64,000 nt of DNA. Source: Haliotis rubra (lineage: Eukaryota). Where the stretch lies: the NCBI RefSeq assembly GCF_003918875.1, contig NW_025767224.1, positions 1,984,001 to 2,048,000 of the forward strand, read 5' to 3'. Under the pieces are notes generated by a model. The model had not been told where the DNA came from, made no database searches, and saw only the letters and a program-made list of their open reading frames with translations. Positions within the stretch are counted from its first letter, which is position 1. Every line of letters starts with the position of its first letter. A program made the translations under genes and the position numbers. This document shows positions 1 to 12,832 of this stretch, piece after piece.

Positions 1-257
1 ACGAAATTTAAAGATAACCAATTGTTCCAGATCGTCATGTTTGATGTGGTAATAAATTCATTAAACAGAATTCCGGAAAACGAGTGTTCTCTATTAGGTT
101 TGGACGAAAGGGGTTTATGTATGTTTACTGAAAATAGATTGGCCACTCCAGCGTTGAATAAAATAATGACAGTGTATTTAGAATTTGAATTCCTTGACAC
201 ATACGAATGTCACAACTGATGTACTAGTGTGTATAAAGTGATGTCCATTTGCCTCAG

Positions 258-3200
258 ATGGCGTGGCTGTCGGCTATGCGAATTGCCAGGGCAACTACGA
301 AACGGGCGCTTACTGGGAGAACTGGCAAATCGACACTGACTGTCACAGGTCCTCTGCTAGCACACTTCCGGTCACAGATTCTGATGATATTGTACGGAAC
401 CGGAAGCCCAACATCAGTGAACCGGATCCTTTCAGAACACCGGGTTCTCATTTACCCCGTTTTCAGTTGATGCCTTCAAAAGATCTGGCACATTTAGACG
501 AGGTGTGTATTCGGAGAGCAATTTTAGAAAGCAAAAGCATTTTTTTGCATCAGCCTAATTGTGCTTTGTTGCTCTATTTTTGGTCGGCATAGACAACCTT
601 CTGCACAATGCTCAGTTTTTCTGTTTTGGTTTAGTATTTATAATCAATTACATTTATTGTGTAGATATATATTTCCAATTTTCAAGGAGATTCCAATGTA
701 TCTTTAGTGTGTAATGCGTAGCTGGTACAACCTGTCTGTCGTATTATGTGAAATGTGCGTACTATAACTGGGATACTGGGACTTTAACGTTCACGACAGG
801 ATACTGACCACATTGTTTAGATCATTTCGGAGGCACTTGGTGGTTCAAAGTTTTGTGGATATATTTTTAGCATTAATTTCAACAACAACATACATGATCA
901 TAATATTTCCTAGATTGAAATAGAAGATGGCAACGTCCGGGATGTCACGGACAAAATGGCGCAGATTCTGGACAAAACGTCAGACCTAACCGATTCCGAT
1001 ATTGACACATGTGCCGAGGTCATTGGCCGTATAGTGAAGGTCACAGCACCGTCGGCTAGCCAGGTAACTCCTCCTTAATATTGCCGTGTTTTACCCTTCC
1101 ATTAACTATATAACTATATATATGTATGTGTCATTAGTCGAAGTTCCACTTATGGAAATTGTCTGATTCCGTGAAGGACGCATAAATGGCAATGATGTCG
1201 TCTAGGTAACTTTCCGTATAACGATGCTGTTGTTTCAGATGGGTCACCAACTTCTTCACACAGTCAACAGGATCCTGGACGCTGACACTGCCGCCATTAG
1301 AAGTGCCCAACTGAAGTCTCGGGCTGCCACCAGGTATTTGCCAATGATCCACCCGATCCCATTAACTAAAATAATAGTTCATGTCATGAAATACATCATG
1401 TAATGTTAAACCAGGGTGAAATACGAAACTGATAGATTAATGAAAAGTCTTAATATTTATGTTGACTGCCCGAACAACTTCACAGATGCAATAACTGGAT
1501 TTTTTACACTAAATAAAGCTTACAAAATGGAATTTAGCGGATATGTATTCATTCAAACTGTTAAAAAGGGAATGATCTGCTCAATATAATTAACGTGACC
1601 AATAAAAATACCCTCATTTCCACGCATATATCTAATTCGTCAGTCGTATTATGTCACATTTGGCATTTGATGGAAGTAATCTGTGTTTAAATGTAAGGTT
1701 TATGCAAAAACATGAACCATTCAGCATTCGTTGTTTCTGAAATCAGGATCGTTGAGAATCTCGAGAAGTTCAGCATGAAGACCGACATCGGAACCGCCAA
1801 GAACATGCGCCTGGTGACTCCTAATGTTGCCATGGAGGTGTGGAACCTGGACGCCGGGATGGCTCCAGTAATCGGTCTTGGAGCCACTGTGGGGGGCAGC
1901 TGGAGCTCCCCTCTCACCAACCCCCGCATACTGACCATCCGAGACCGCTTGGACAGCAGTCTGGCCGAATTTGACGTGGCCATAGAGCTGCCACGGGAAC
2001 TCGTCGTCAAGAACATGCATGGTAGGCGGCCGCTCGTCGTGACATGGCTTGAAATATATCAGCGCCTTAAACGCATCCAAACTGGAAAATAACCTTAGGT
2101 TTACCATGTTACACTGGCCTCCACATCTGTAAATCGGAATATCGATTGACTCCATAATTTGACCAGTAATCCCACCAGATAGTGACCGGTAAGACTAGGT
2201 CCCCAGCTTTGCATTTCTGTCCGTAAGGGGTGGCACTGCTGACCATGTCAGTACCATGGCATACTTTGATTGTGAGTTTGCTAACCGCTGCATCAACAAT
2301 AATGCACGTAATTCTGTCGAACCCGGCTAATCCGGATTCTTGCAAATAAAGGACGCTCTTTACGGTCCCGACACATTGTGATATTTCTGTCAACCTTATC
2401 TTTATAACCTATATCTCCTGCTATTAGCTCACTGATCACTTAATTTCGTCTTACAGAAGTCCACTTTGGACAGATTCCACAGACTTTGTTAAAATTTTGT
2501 CAATTATTAGTTTAATAGTTTTCCCTACTCTCATTGTATGACTGTGTTACAGGCGAGAGTAACACAACCCGCCTCTCAATGCTCATCTACCGGAAAACGG
2601 GTCTCTTTACTCCTGTCGTCAACTCCAGTCTCGGTCTCGTCAACAGTGCTGTCATTTCCGCTACACTGGGAGGCAAGAAGATTGAAGGGCTTAACGACAT
2701 GATTCGGATGGCTTTTAGACCTTTTGTTGTAAGTGCATTGATATGGTAAACCTTGCATATAACGAATCATGATGGAAATGGTTGCTGTGCCAAAGTATTA
2801 GTTTAACCCCAAAGAAGGGATCACACGCTGGAACACGGTTCGGAGTTGCTTCCCTCTTCAGCATCCCCTGTCAAGTTCTGTTCCGATATGGTCTTGCACT
2901 GTCAGCTTAATACCATTTGTTGGTGGATTTTAGTAAATCCTGCTGCCTATACTGACACGCCGTAATAAAAAACAAAATGGTTGAATCCATCTTGCCCTCT
3001 CTTAAGTTTGAAATTGAGTATGGGAATCATTCAGTTAATTATTAACAGTGTCACGGGTATACGTGGAGAACACATGTAAAGTCTAATGTAGAAGTGTAAT
3101 ATTAATAGAATTCGTACGAAGCCTTGATATACGTAGTTCAAATTAAGGAAACGTAACATCTGTATAAACCGAAATCTGAATTTTCCTCATTGCAATATAT

Positions 3201-6200
3201 CGTCAATGTCTTGCAGGACACGAGGAACCACCTGAAGACGACGAAGTGTGCGTTCTGGGACTTCCTTGACAACCACGGTATGGGAGGATGGTCGACAGAA
3301 GGGTGTTACTACAACGGGACGATGTTTGGACTGGACATCTGCATGTGTAACCATCTGACCAACTTCGCTGTGCTGCTGGTAGGATCATACGGCCTCATCT
3401 TCGTTACATACGGCCAGAGTTACTGTTAGATACTGATTGTCACATGCTGTATGCATGTAGATTACTTCTTCGGATATTTTGTTTTCTTAGATGCCACAAG
3501 GGACACGTAGGGTAGAATAGATCAACAGTTCCAATGACTGTAAACATGGTGACTTATTAGACTAATGGACGGTGTCCAGTGTTATTCAACCACAGGTCAA
3601 GTACATATTCATACCTGTCCAATACCGGCGTTCTGGTGAATATGTCGCTCTAATAGTAAGTTTAACGACAACTTTTAGCTTGATAAGACCTGTTTATCGT
3701 ATGTTCGAATCCTAGTCTTTGGTCTGTTAGCTCCCGGTGCGTTTCGCTAAAGTAGTTACCAACCTCGACCTTTGATCTTTATTTCGTCCTTCATCTCACA
3801 CCTAATCTTGTAGAAACATTGTTCAAAGCAGTATTGAACCAACTCACTCACTCACTTTGCAATCATTTCTTCAGGACTTCTACGGACACAGCAAGCCTGT
3901 GGAGCCAGAACACGAACTGACGCTTAGCATCATCTCCCTGGTCGGCCTCAGCCTCTCCATCTTCGGCCTCGCCCTCACCATCATCACATTCATCTTCTTC
4001 AAGTCAGTAACGCTGGACTCTGTCCTTTGACTTTTCACCCAGGGGTGCAAATGATCCTGTAGTGTTGGGCGCCGCGAAGTGCTGTTCAAAGTTACATCTC
4101 TTTCTTCGGCCTTTCAAGTAGTTGCTTATCGTTGGTTCGAATATAATTTATTCTAGGTTCTTGGGAGGCACATAGAAGCTGGTATTCAAAAACAAAATAT
4201 AAGATGTCAACTTTTTTTTATTGTATACACAACGTTTCTGGGCTATTCTTTGCCCCTTCGTTAGGTGACACATTGTGTATACAATTAAAAAAGAAGTTGA
4301 CATCCATACTATTTTGTCTTATACTAATTTGCTCTAATTACGATATTTTAGGGCAAAATATAAAAAAATGCAATAAACATCTATAACATAACTCGTCGTT
4401 TATGGTTGTACAGGTCATAGTGATACCTCCATGTATCATGTATCAATACCTACCTATGATTAATCCCATGACATGACATACTGGATGATCTTTTAAAGAT
4501 GTTAACTCTATTGTCTGTCCAGGAAACTACGTCAAGGTCGCGCCCAGCTGACACTGTTCCACATGGCCGTAGCCCTGCTGTGTTCCAAGGTCGTCTTCCT
4601 CGTGGGCATCAAGCAGACCAACAACGAGTACTTCTGTCTGTCCGTGGCGGTTTTGCTGCACTACTTCATCCTGGTGTCGTTCCTGTGGATGCTGATAGAG
4701 GCCATCTTGCAGTACATGACCTTCGTCAAGATTCTTGGCACATATGTAACGCGTTATGCGCTCAAAACCGCCATTCCTGCATGGGGTAAGAATCAGAGTC
4801 CCCATTACCCTTAATTAGTATGTAAAGAAATGCATTATAGATATATACTACCCATCAAAGGTTTAGACTCACTAGTGTTAATGTAGCCACTTACTTCAGT
4901 CAACGGTTCTAAACTAGATTTTGCAAAATATTCCATACTGTTTAAAGGTACTGTTTACACATGAACTGATGTATTGTAAAACAAATTCGTAACGTTGAAA
5001 AAATTATTGTCATGAGTTCAATAAATGATGAAACTCAGTGAAAATTAGCGAATTCTTAACAAAACCTTTCACCAAAACGCAGCTGTTCACATGCACGATA
5101 TTTCCACATGCTTTTCAGCAATTTGATGCATGATCCTCGTGCAATTCATCTGCATAAGGTTTGCAGTTGGTTCCCTAAGTTAGGGGAGAAATTCATCTTC
5201 GATGGAACCACATATATATACATAACATACAGTGAATGCTTTAAGTGAGTCTAAACTTTTGATGGGTAGTATATGTCTGATGTTGTTATGTATATATGAA
5301 TATATATGAACCTTATCTTCTATACACCTGTCTTTCTATATCCAGGCCTGCCTCTGATACCGGTGATCTCAGTGCTCGCTATCGACTACAACATGTACAG
5401 AGGGCGACAGTCGTAGTAAGTTCCTTCAGGTTTTTACAAGACCATGGTCACATGGCAGCCGATTGGCGTTTGTTTCAACCAGTTACAACCCATCGTCTCC
5501 ATTTGTTAACGAGTCACAAGATTCGCTCCAGGATACAGGTCGGAATTGGTCTTCAGCATTACGTGCTTGCCGTATGTAGTCTGGCTAGCTGCGTTGTTCG
5601 ACGCCCATGATGCCAATCACTGGATTGTCTGGTCCAGAGTCGATTATATACAGACCGAGGTCATATAACTTGTATTATCACTACAACCTAGTGGCTGTCC
5701 CTGCTTGACTTAGTTTCACACTTGGCACTGGTTACAACATGTAGGCGTCAGATGGAAAGGGCATCCAACAATTCTGACATTGTGTTTCCACTCTCAATAC
5801 TGTGTTATCAACTTAGACAAAAACATACTAGTAACCCCCCAAAAATTAAAAAAAGAGAAACCATAAAACTGACCAAAATACATGATATTGCCATTTAGAT
5901 TGTTACATACTTTTACATATTTTTTTTTATGAAATATAATTATTTGGTTCTGTTTTCCTAAGTCTTAACACAACAATATTATTGCTGATTTCCTATACGC
6001 CTTTACGCCTTTTTCAACACTAACATTGCTACAATGTAACTTTACCTCCTAGCTGCTGGATGGGGATGGAAGCCTTCTATTTCGCGTTTGCTGTACCAGT
6101 CGGCGTCATCGTTGTCGTCAACATCGTCATGTTCATCATCATCCTCGTCAGCCTTGTACGACGACCCGACGGTCTTCGGAGCACCCAGTCAAAACAACGA

Positions 6201-8268
6201 CGAGCCAAGATGCAGTTAAAGGCCGCTGTCACCATTTTCATACTGCTTGGTAGGTTTCCGCCTCATTTTCGTTACAAGGAACTCTTAAAAGTTACTTCGA
6301 TGTAACAATCCCATGTTACACAGTATATCGATGCTCATGATGTTGATCACTGGTCGTCTGGTTCAGACTCGATTATATATAGACTGCCGCCACATAGCTG
6401 GAATATTGCTGAGTGTGGCGTTAACCAAACAAACAAACACAAACATGTTGCACCGTGTGTTTGGTTGAAACTGGAAGGGTTTACAGAAACCAAATGGCTG
6501 CATCCATTGTTGACAATGACATGGGCAATATGGCTTCGCGGCTTGATTTACGTGCATATAGACAGTACGACGCTCGCCGAGGCAGACCAGGGTAGCTTAA
6601 TGACTATTCGGCTCAATAAAGAAACTCAACCTGGATGTGCTCTTCCTGTTCAAACTCGTTAAAAAGTAAAACCTGCTGCCGTTTTAGCAAAATTAGAAAT
6701 TTTTAACTTACCATAACTAATGCAAAAATACCACAAATTGTTTGTTTCAACTGTAATGCAATGAACCTGTAGAATTCCTAAGTGGCAGTGGTGTGATATA
6801 TTTAAATTTGCGCTATATTTAGACAGAGTTCTAGAGGCTTCCACAGTGTTCTGACCTAAAGAATATTATCGAAAGATCTGCCTTAGTGTAGAATATTCTA
6901 GTATCTTATTCTTGTGCAAGATATTTTTATGGATTAAACTTCTTTTTTATTTCCCTCACAACGTTTCGGGACCATTCCAGGTCCCTTCATCAGTAAGCTG
7001 GTCCCCGGCTCCCTTTGCGCGTATATACGTATATTGCGATATGCGAGACGGGGTCCAGCTTACCTTCATCAGGTGAACTGACAGTTGAGACTAGGACGTG
7101 GTACAGTATAAGTAAAGTTGAAAACTTGAAGTGTTAATAACATAATGATGATAAATTCATGCTAGATATTATCTAGCATGATAATGATGATCTAGCATGA
7201 ATTTATCATCATTAGGTGGTCCCGAAACGTTGCGAGGGAAATAGAAAAGAAGTTAAATCAATAAAAATATCTTCTATATCTCTACGTACAACTTCTAAAT
7301 GCCACTAAAAGACATGATCTTATTCTTGTGGGGTACCTGTATATTGCCTCTCATCTCCAATTAAATCTCAGGTCACTACAAGATGAGCTTTGTGTGTGAT
7401 GACCATACTCTGCCTACCATCAGTGTCTATATTGGTATAATCACTGCTCTTGTATTGTAGTACCTCTGAATATCTACTGTCACGCACGTTCTACTGTCAT
7501 GGTGATACCTCTGTATTGATTCGACCAGCTTAGTAAATTCTAGAATTCAATTGTTAATTACAACACTTTTCTTTGTTATGAGTTGTTTTCACTCATAGCT
7601 CTCTTACAGCCTGTTTTCACTCATAGCTCTCTTACAGCCTGTTTTCACTCATAGCTCTCTTACAGCCTGTTTTCACTCATAGCTCTCTTACAGCCTGTTT
7701 TCACTCATAGCTCTCTTACAGCCTGTTTTCACTCATAGCTCTCTTACAGCCTGTTTTCACTCATAGCTCTCTTACAGCCTGTTTTCCAGTTTTATGTTTC
7801 AACATTGCAATCAACAAGTAAGAGTTTTCAGATTTAGGAAATCACAATATGTTGGTTAATAACAAAGTTTCTTTGCCAGTGAGTGTACATGTATTACCTA
7901 TACTTCCAGGATTGACGTGGATCTTCGGGTTCCTGCAGATTGAGGATGCTCGGATCGTGTTTCAATACATCTTCACCTTCCTCAGCTCCCTGCAGGGTTT
8001 CTTTATTTTCGTTATGCTGGTAGCAAGAAGGAAGCAGGTTCGCGATCAGTGGTACATGTTGTGTTGCAACAAGCAGGATAATCGTCGCGCTCCTAAACAG
8101 GTGTCTCCAACCAACAGCAACTCAACGTCGTCAAACGGCTCCGGGGGTAGTCTCTCCTTGCACAACAGCAGCACAAGAACTCTTCGCACCAACATAGATA
8201 GGGAGAGCTTTGACTCCGTGTACTACATACCAACACGGAGGATGCCAACAGCCTACAAGGCGCTGTAA
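258..8268 (+). CDS. Adhesion G protein-coupled receptor (GAIN/GPS + 7TM, family B2); 5' part lies left of the window
   Basis: Phase-consistent GT-AG exons 258-502, 914-1063, 1239-1333, 1747-2021, 2553-2728, 3217-3378, 3875-4002, 4523-4785, 5346-5415, 6053-6249, 7910-8268. GPS motif CAFWD...WSTEGC...CMCNHL/TNFAVLL; TM motifs LLHYFILVSFLWMLIEA, YCWM, LLGLTWIFG, SSLQGFFIF; Ser-rich C-tail ending YKAL*. Confidence 0.95.
4203..4304. repeat. Short inverted repeat resembling a Penelope-like element end
   Basis: gatgtcaactttttttt..ttgtatacacaa (4203-4232) is inverted at 4273-4304. The minus strand of the spacer reads ctaacgaaggggc..gcccagaaacgttg, a degenerate CTGANGA-stem-GAAA. Confidence 0.5.
4846..5271. 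mobile_element. Tc1/mariner-type MITE in an aGPCR intron
   Basis: TIRs tactacccatcaaaggtttagactcact / agtgagtctaaacttttgatgggtagta, flanked by TA; no coding capacity. Confidence 0.8.
6917..7316. mobile_element. Penelope-like (PLE) remnant with inverted ends and a hammerhead-like core
   Basis: About 55-bp inverted arms (6918-6975 and about 7217-7273); 14-bp direct repeat atcttattcttgtg at 6903-6916 and 7317-7330; minus strand 6993-6958 reads CTGATGAagggacc-tggaat-ggtcccGAAAcgttg. Confidence 0.65.
7586..7787. repeat. 28-bp minisatellite, about 7 copies
   Basis: Unit gttttcactcatagctctcttacagcct repeated head to tail. Confidence 0.95.
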
Positions 8269-10704
8269 GGAGTAGAGGACACACAAGAAAAGTTATTTAC
8301 TATTATAGTAATTTGACAATATTGTTGCAAATATTTGGGCAAGTCGTAGTGAAACTGTGCTATTCCTCTTTACAATTTTTATTTTCTAAATCATCACAAT
8401 TACAAACAGCTATAAAATATGAAACCAGTAAGCGAACACCACTCGAAAAACGTTGCCCAATAGGAATCTATCCTCATGTCTTTCAGTGCCCGGCCAATGT
8501 AGTAGTTGCAACCGGGGACGTAGTTTCATTTTGTTGTACCGGCAGCAGTGTCCCGGGCATCTGTGACCCTAGCTTGTGGTGTATGTATAAGCCCATGTTG
8601 TCTGTCTCAGAGTAAGGTGGTGGTATCCGATCTTAGTACACACCCCGACATCCAGGGAAACCAGAAATATTATATGTGGTCTTTGATTCGTCAGTGTGAA
8701 TCTCTGGACACACTGGCGCCACTTCCTATGCCCTTTCCTTGTCGAACAACGCGACGCTAAAACGTAACTGTAAAATCTCATGTTGCTGTTCTTTCATGAC
8801 GTAAACCAGAGGCTAAAGCACCTCATGTCCCGCTCGTGGCTGGTTTAATGACTGGGTTCCGTCTAAGCTCAAACGGGCACAGCTGAAAGAATTATCACGT
8901 GTGACTACCTACAACATATTTCGAAATGATACACTTAAAATTTCGTTCATATTACATTACAGTGCTATTTAAACACATCAGAATTAAGTTGGTATACAGC
9001 ATGACTGAATACTGTCAACTGTATCTTATGTAATATTAGCAGAAGGAGTATGTAAAATCAAAAATTATCCCCGAAGGATGGTAGTTGAAGTCATACGCGC
9101 ATTCTGATTGGTTTGTCGTATTTTCACACAACACGTAAATCGATAGGATGATGAGAATTCTTGCAGGTTGGGAATGTTGTAGTGAAAACAGAGATAAGTC
9201 ATATGACGTCACCTCCGACACGAATAACTGATGGCTACGGAGTCCACGATAGTTGTCATGGAGATTGAATACACTGGATAATCGAGGCTGGACACTGGAT
9301 AAACGAGGTTTCCCTGAAGTAATACCGTTACATGCTATACATACCAGTGATGGAAACTGTAAACAATAAAACGTGATGGATCCAGTCTGTATAGGATATT
9401 AAATGGCATAATGGCAATATTCTAACAATACAGTCGCTCAAGCATCACGTGATGCAAACTCGTCTGTTGATTGGTCTCCATAATAATATATTTGTTTTGA
9501 AGTGACAACAAATTTCACTTTTATAAAGAGGAACATATTTTCTTTGTACAAAAATGTAAATAGATGGTTAAATAAATAATTGCACGTACATAGTATTTGT
9601 TGATTATATTCTCACGTGGGTTCAATGCAGAGCTGCAGCAACTGTACATTGAATGCCATTAAATGATTATCTGGGATGTGGATGCCAGTATTGAATCTTT
9701 TCACACATTTTTCGTCTATTACATCTTGCAAAATGTGATATAAAAATACCGTTAGCCCTCAACTTATGGCCACGCATGGTCTAACATTTCATATGAAACT
9801 CTGGGCTGATTCACTTGTACCAAACTGTGTACAGTTTTAAGAGTTCTTATATTGGATTCCGAGGTATGTGGTGTGCCTATGCTTGGGCAGGTGCATTTTC
9901 CCGCAGCAAGGGAGCTAACTGACCGAAAATTTCAGCTTCAACCCAAACAGCCTCAAATTTAGAAGCTCGATCGTAGTGCCACCTATGGCTATTGTGAGAG
10001 TTATGTCCCTTCTTTGTTCGTCCAATTGAGCAACCAGATTGCACTATCTTTCACATCACTTGCATTTACTTCAAATATCATGACGTTACCCAGTCAAGAC
10101 AATCAGATCGATATTCAAACCTTCATGAAACAGGTCTTCAAATCATCTCAGCACCTTGTTTAGAAACATGAAAAGAAACGGAACAATTCTGCCTAGGCAC
10201 AGCTCTGTAAGTTCTCTACAGCTCCAACATTTGAGTGAAATGTCCACGTCTGTCACCATGTTGTTATGAACCGTATGTCGACTTGGTAGCGCCATTTTGA
10301 TTGGAAGATGCATATATACTCGATAGTTCGGCCAAAACATAACGCCATAATTCCAGCCTAGTTGTGCAAGGGTTGAAGCTGGACTTCCATAGTCAGCTAG
10401 TCCCCAGGCCGAAGAAAGGTGTATGAGATACTAAGGTTTGGGCCATCCTTCAGCTTCCTTGTTACGCAGTACCCCTTGGAGGAACCTAGTCTGAGTGAGT
10501 GAGTGGCATTTAAATGTTTGTTTCGCAGGGTGTCAGTTTGATGTCGGAAGAAGCCTGATGTACATTAGTTCGTAAACTTTGGTTAATCCCACGATCCCGG
10601 GGTATTGCTTATGTCCGGTGCTCACGTAATTAGTTACTAGGACCTCGGGTAGAATGTGTTCCCGAACCCACAATGTGATACAGTCGGAAAGCTGCGAGGA
10701 GTTA

Positions 10705-10872
10705 GACTGACTGACTGACTGAGTTTGGTTTTACGCCGCTTTTAGCAATATTCCAGCAACATCACGGCGGGGGGACACCAGAAATGGGCTTCACACATTG
10801 TACCCATGTGGGGATTCGAACCCTTCGGCGTGACGAGCCAACGCTTTAACCACTAGGCTACCCCACTGCCCG
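10705..10872 (-). mobile_element. tRNA-derived SINE, family A
   Basis: Reverse complement of ggggtagcctagtggttaaagcg (A box), ggttcgaatcc (B box), ..gctggaatattgctaaaagcggcgtaaaac plus a tetranucleotide tail. Confidence 0.85.
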
Positions 10873-11967
10873 CTAGTCAGTCGGGCATACTATGGCTGCA
10901 AGTTACTAGCCCACAAAATAATTGACTAGCCCGAGATTTGTATGTTGAAACCTAAGCAAAAGATTACAAAAATAGATGAGAATAAGATATTGTCGGCATG
11001 ACCCGGGTTTCATCATTAAGCTGCTAATATGAACATTTTTATCTGGCCATAATCATCATTTAAAAGTGTATTATAGCTTAACAAGTCGGAGAAAGTGATA
11101 AATTTACAAAACGACCCCAGCCGGGCCAGTGAATGTGGAGTGTGTGTGGCAGATCATACTGGTCTGCTATCCCACTGCCAGACCATGCGCAGTTTAACAT
11201 GCATGCTCCTTTTGTGACGCAGTACAGTTACTGGAGCAGATTGGTTCTTGTGATATCTTATCGATGCCGACCACCAGGCGGGGTGACAACAAGTACCATC
11301 TTTTAATGTCATTGGGTTTGAGACAGCCAGGGAGCTAACGATCCACCTTGAACGATCTGAGCAGACACTGCATCCACTAGACCACAGAGATACCCTTGAA
11401 GCAGATGGAAAAATAGGTATCCAAGTTGCCACAGAGAAACACTGAGTGACGTCCATGTTTCGTTTCCTAAGCCGAAACATGACCGGAATATGGACAAAAG
11501 CGCTTTTGAATATATCCCTGTTTTGAACTATATATGGCACCTAAGCATGTTCCATGTCTGTCTGGATGTGTGGCACAACAGAACACCCGGCGCTACATGA
11601 TGACATTTAATGGGACCAGTGAAGATGATTATATGGACATATTGTGTACCAACTGCCACGGACCAGGAGATCAGTCCACTCTGGACAGATGTTCCGCCAA
11701 TAACCTTGAAGCTGCCTGAAACAGAAGTACAGAATTAAACTACAAGGAACAGCTTCTGGTTGACATGGTTCATGTGTGTCATTTCAGTGCTTGAACCCAC
11801 GTGACATGACCATCTGGCAATAATTGACTCACTCACCCACCCAGCATAAGTCGCTTTTAATCACACTGTAAGGGGATGTATTACCTAACTCATCACTAAA
11901 CACACCTTAAAGGGATGTCATGCTTCACTCACTCACTACTGACCACACTACAAGGGGATGGCCTCCT

Positions 11968-12832
11968 TCACTCACTCACCTCTAAGAACACTGTGGGGGG
12001 ATGCCCTGATTCACTCACATCTAAGAACACAGCGAGGGGATGCCCTGATTCATTCACCTCTAAGAACACTGTGAAGGGATGCCCTGCCTCACTCACCTCT
12101 AAGAACACTGTGAGGGGATGCCCTGCTTTACTCACCTGTAAGAACACTGTGAGGGGATGCCCTGCTTCACTCACCTGTAAGAACACTGTGAGGGGATGCC
12201 CTGCTTCACTCACCTCTAAGAACACTGTGAGGGGATGCCCTGATTCACTCACATCTAAGAACACAGCGAGGGGATGCCCTGCCTCACTCACCTCTAAGAA
12301 CACTGTGAGGGGATGCCCTGCTTCACTCACCTGTACGAACACTGTGAGGGGATGCCCTGCTTCACTCACCTGTAAGAACACTGTGAGGGGATGCCCTGCT
12401 TCACTCACCTGTACGAACACTGTGAGGGCATGCCTTGCTTCACTCACCTCTACGAACACTGTGAGGGGATGCCCTGATTCACTCACCTGTACGAACACTG
12501 TGAGGGGATGCCCTGCTTCACTCACCTCTAAGAACACTGTGAGGGGATGCCCTGATTCACTCACCTCTAAGAACACTGTGAGGGGATGCCCTGATTCACT
12601 CACCCTTTACGAACACTGTGAGGGCATGCCCTGCTTCACTCACCTTTACGAACACTGTGAGGGGATGCCCTGCTTCACTCACCTCTACGAACACTGTGAG
12701 GGCATGCCCTACTTCACTCACCTCTACGAACACTGTGAGGGGAAGCCCTGCTTCACTCACCTGTACGAACACTGTGAGGGGATGCCCAGTTTCACTCACC
12801 TCTACGAACACTGTGAGGTGTTGCCCTGCTTC
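11968..12832. repeat. 39-bp minisatellite, about 22 copies, derived from the last coding exon/splice donor of the SH3b-only gene
   Basis: Unit gaggggatgccctgcttcactcacctctaagaacactgt. On the minus strand each unit carries cagtgttc(g/t)ta(g/c/a)agGTGAGT. Confidence 0.95.

Noticed and set aside
11530-11716. Further coding exon (catalytic domain) for the SH3b-only gene after the acceptor at about 11717
   Set aside because: None of the three minus-strand frames resembles exons 4-6 of the paralogue, and an in-frame TAG lies upstream; treated as possible 3' UTR.
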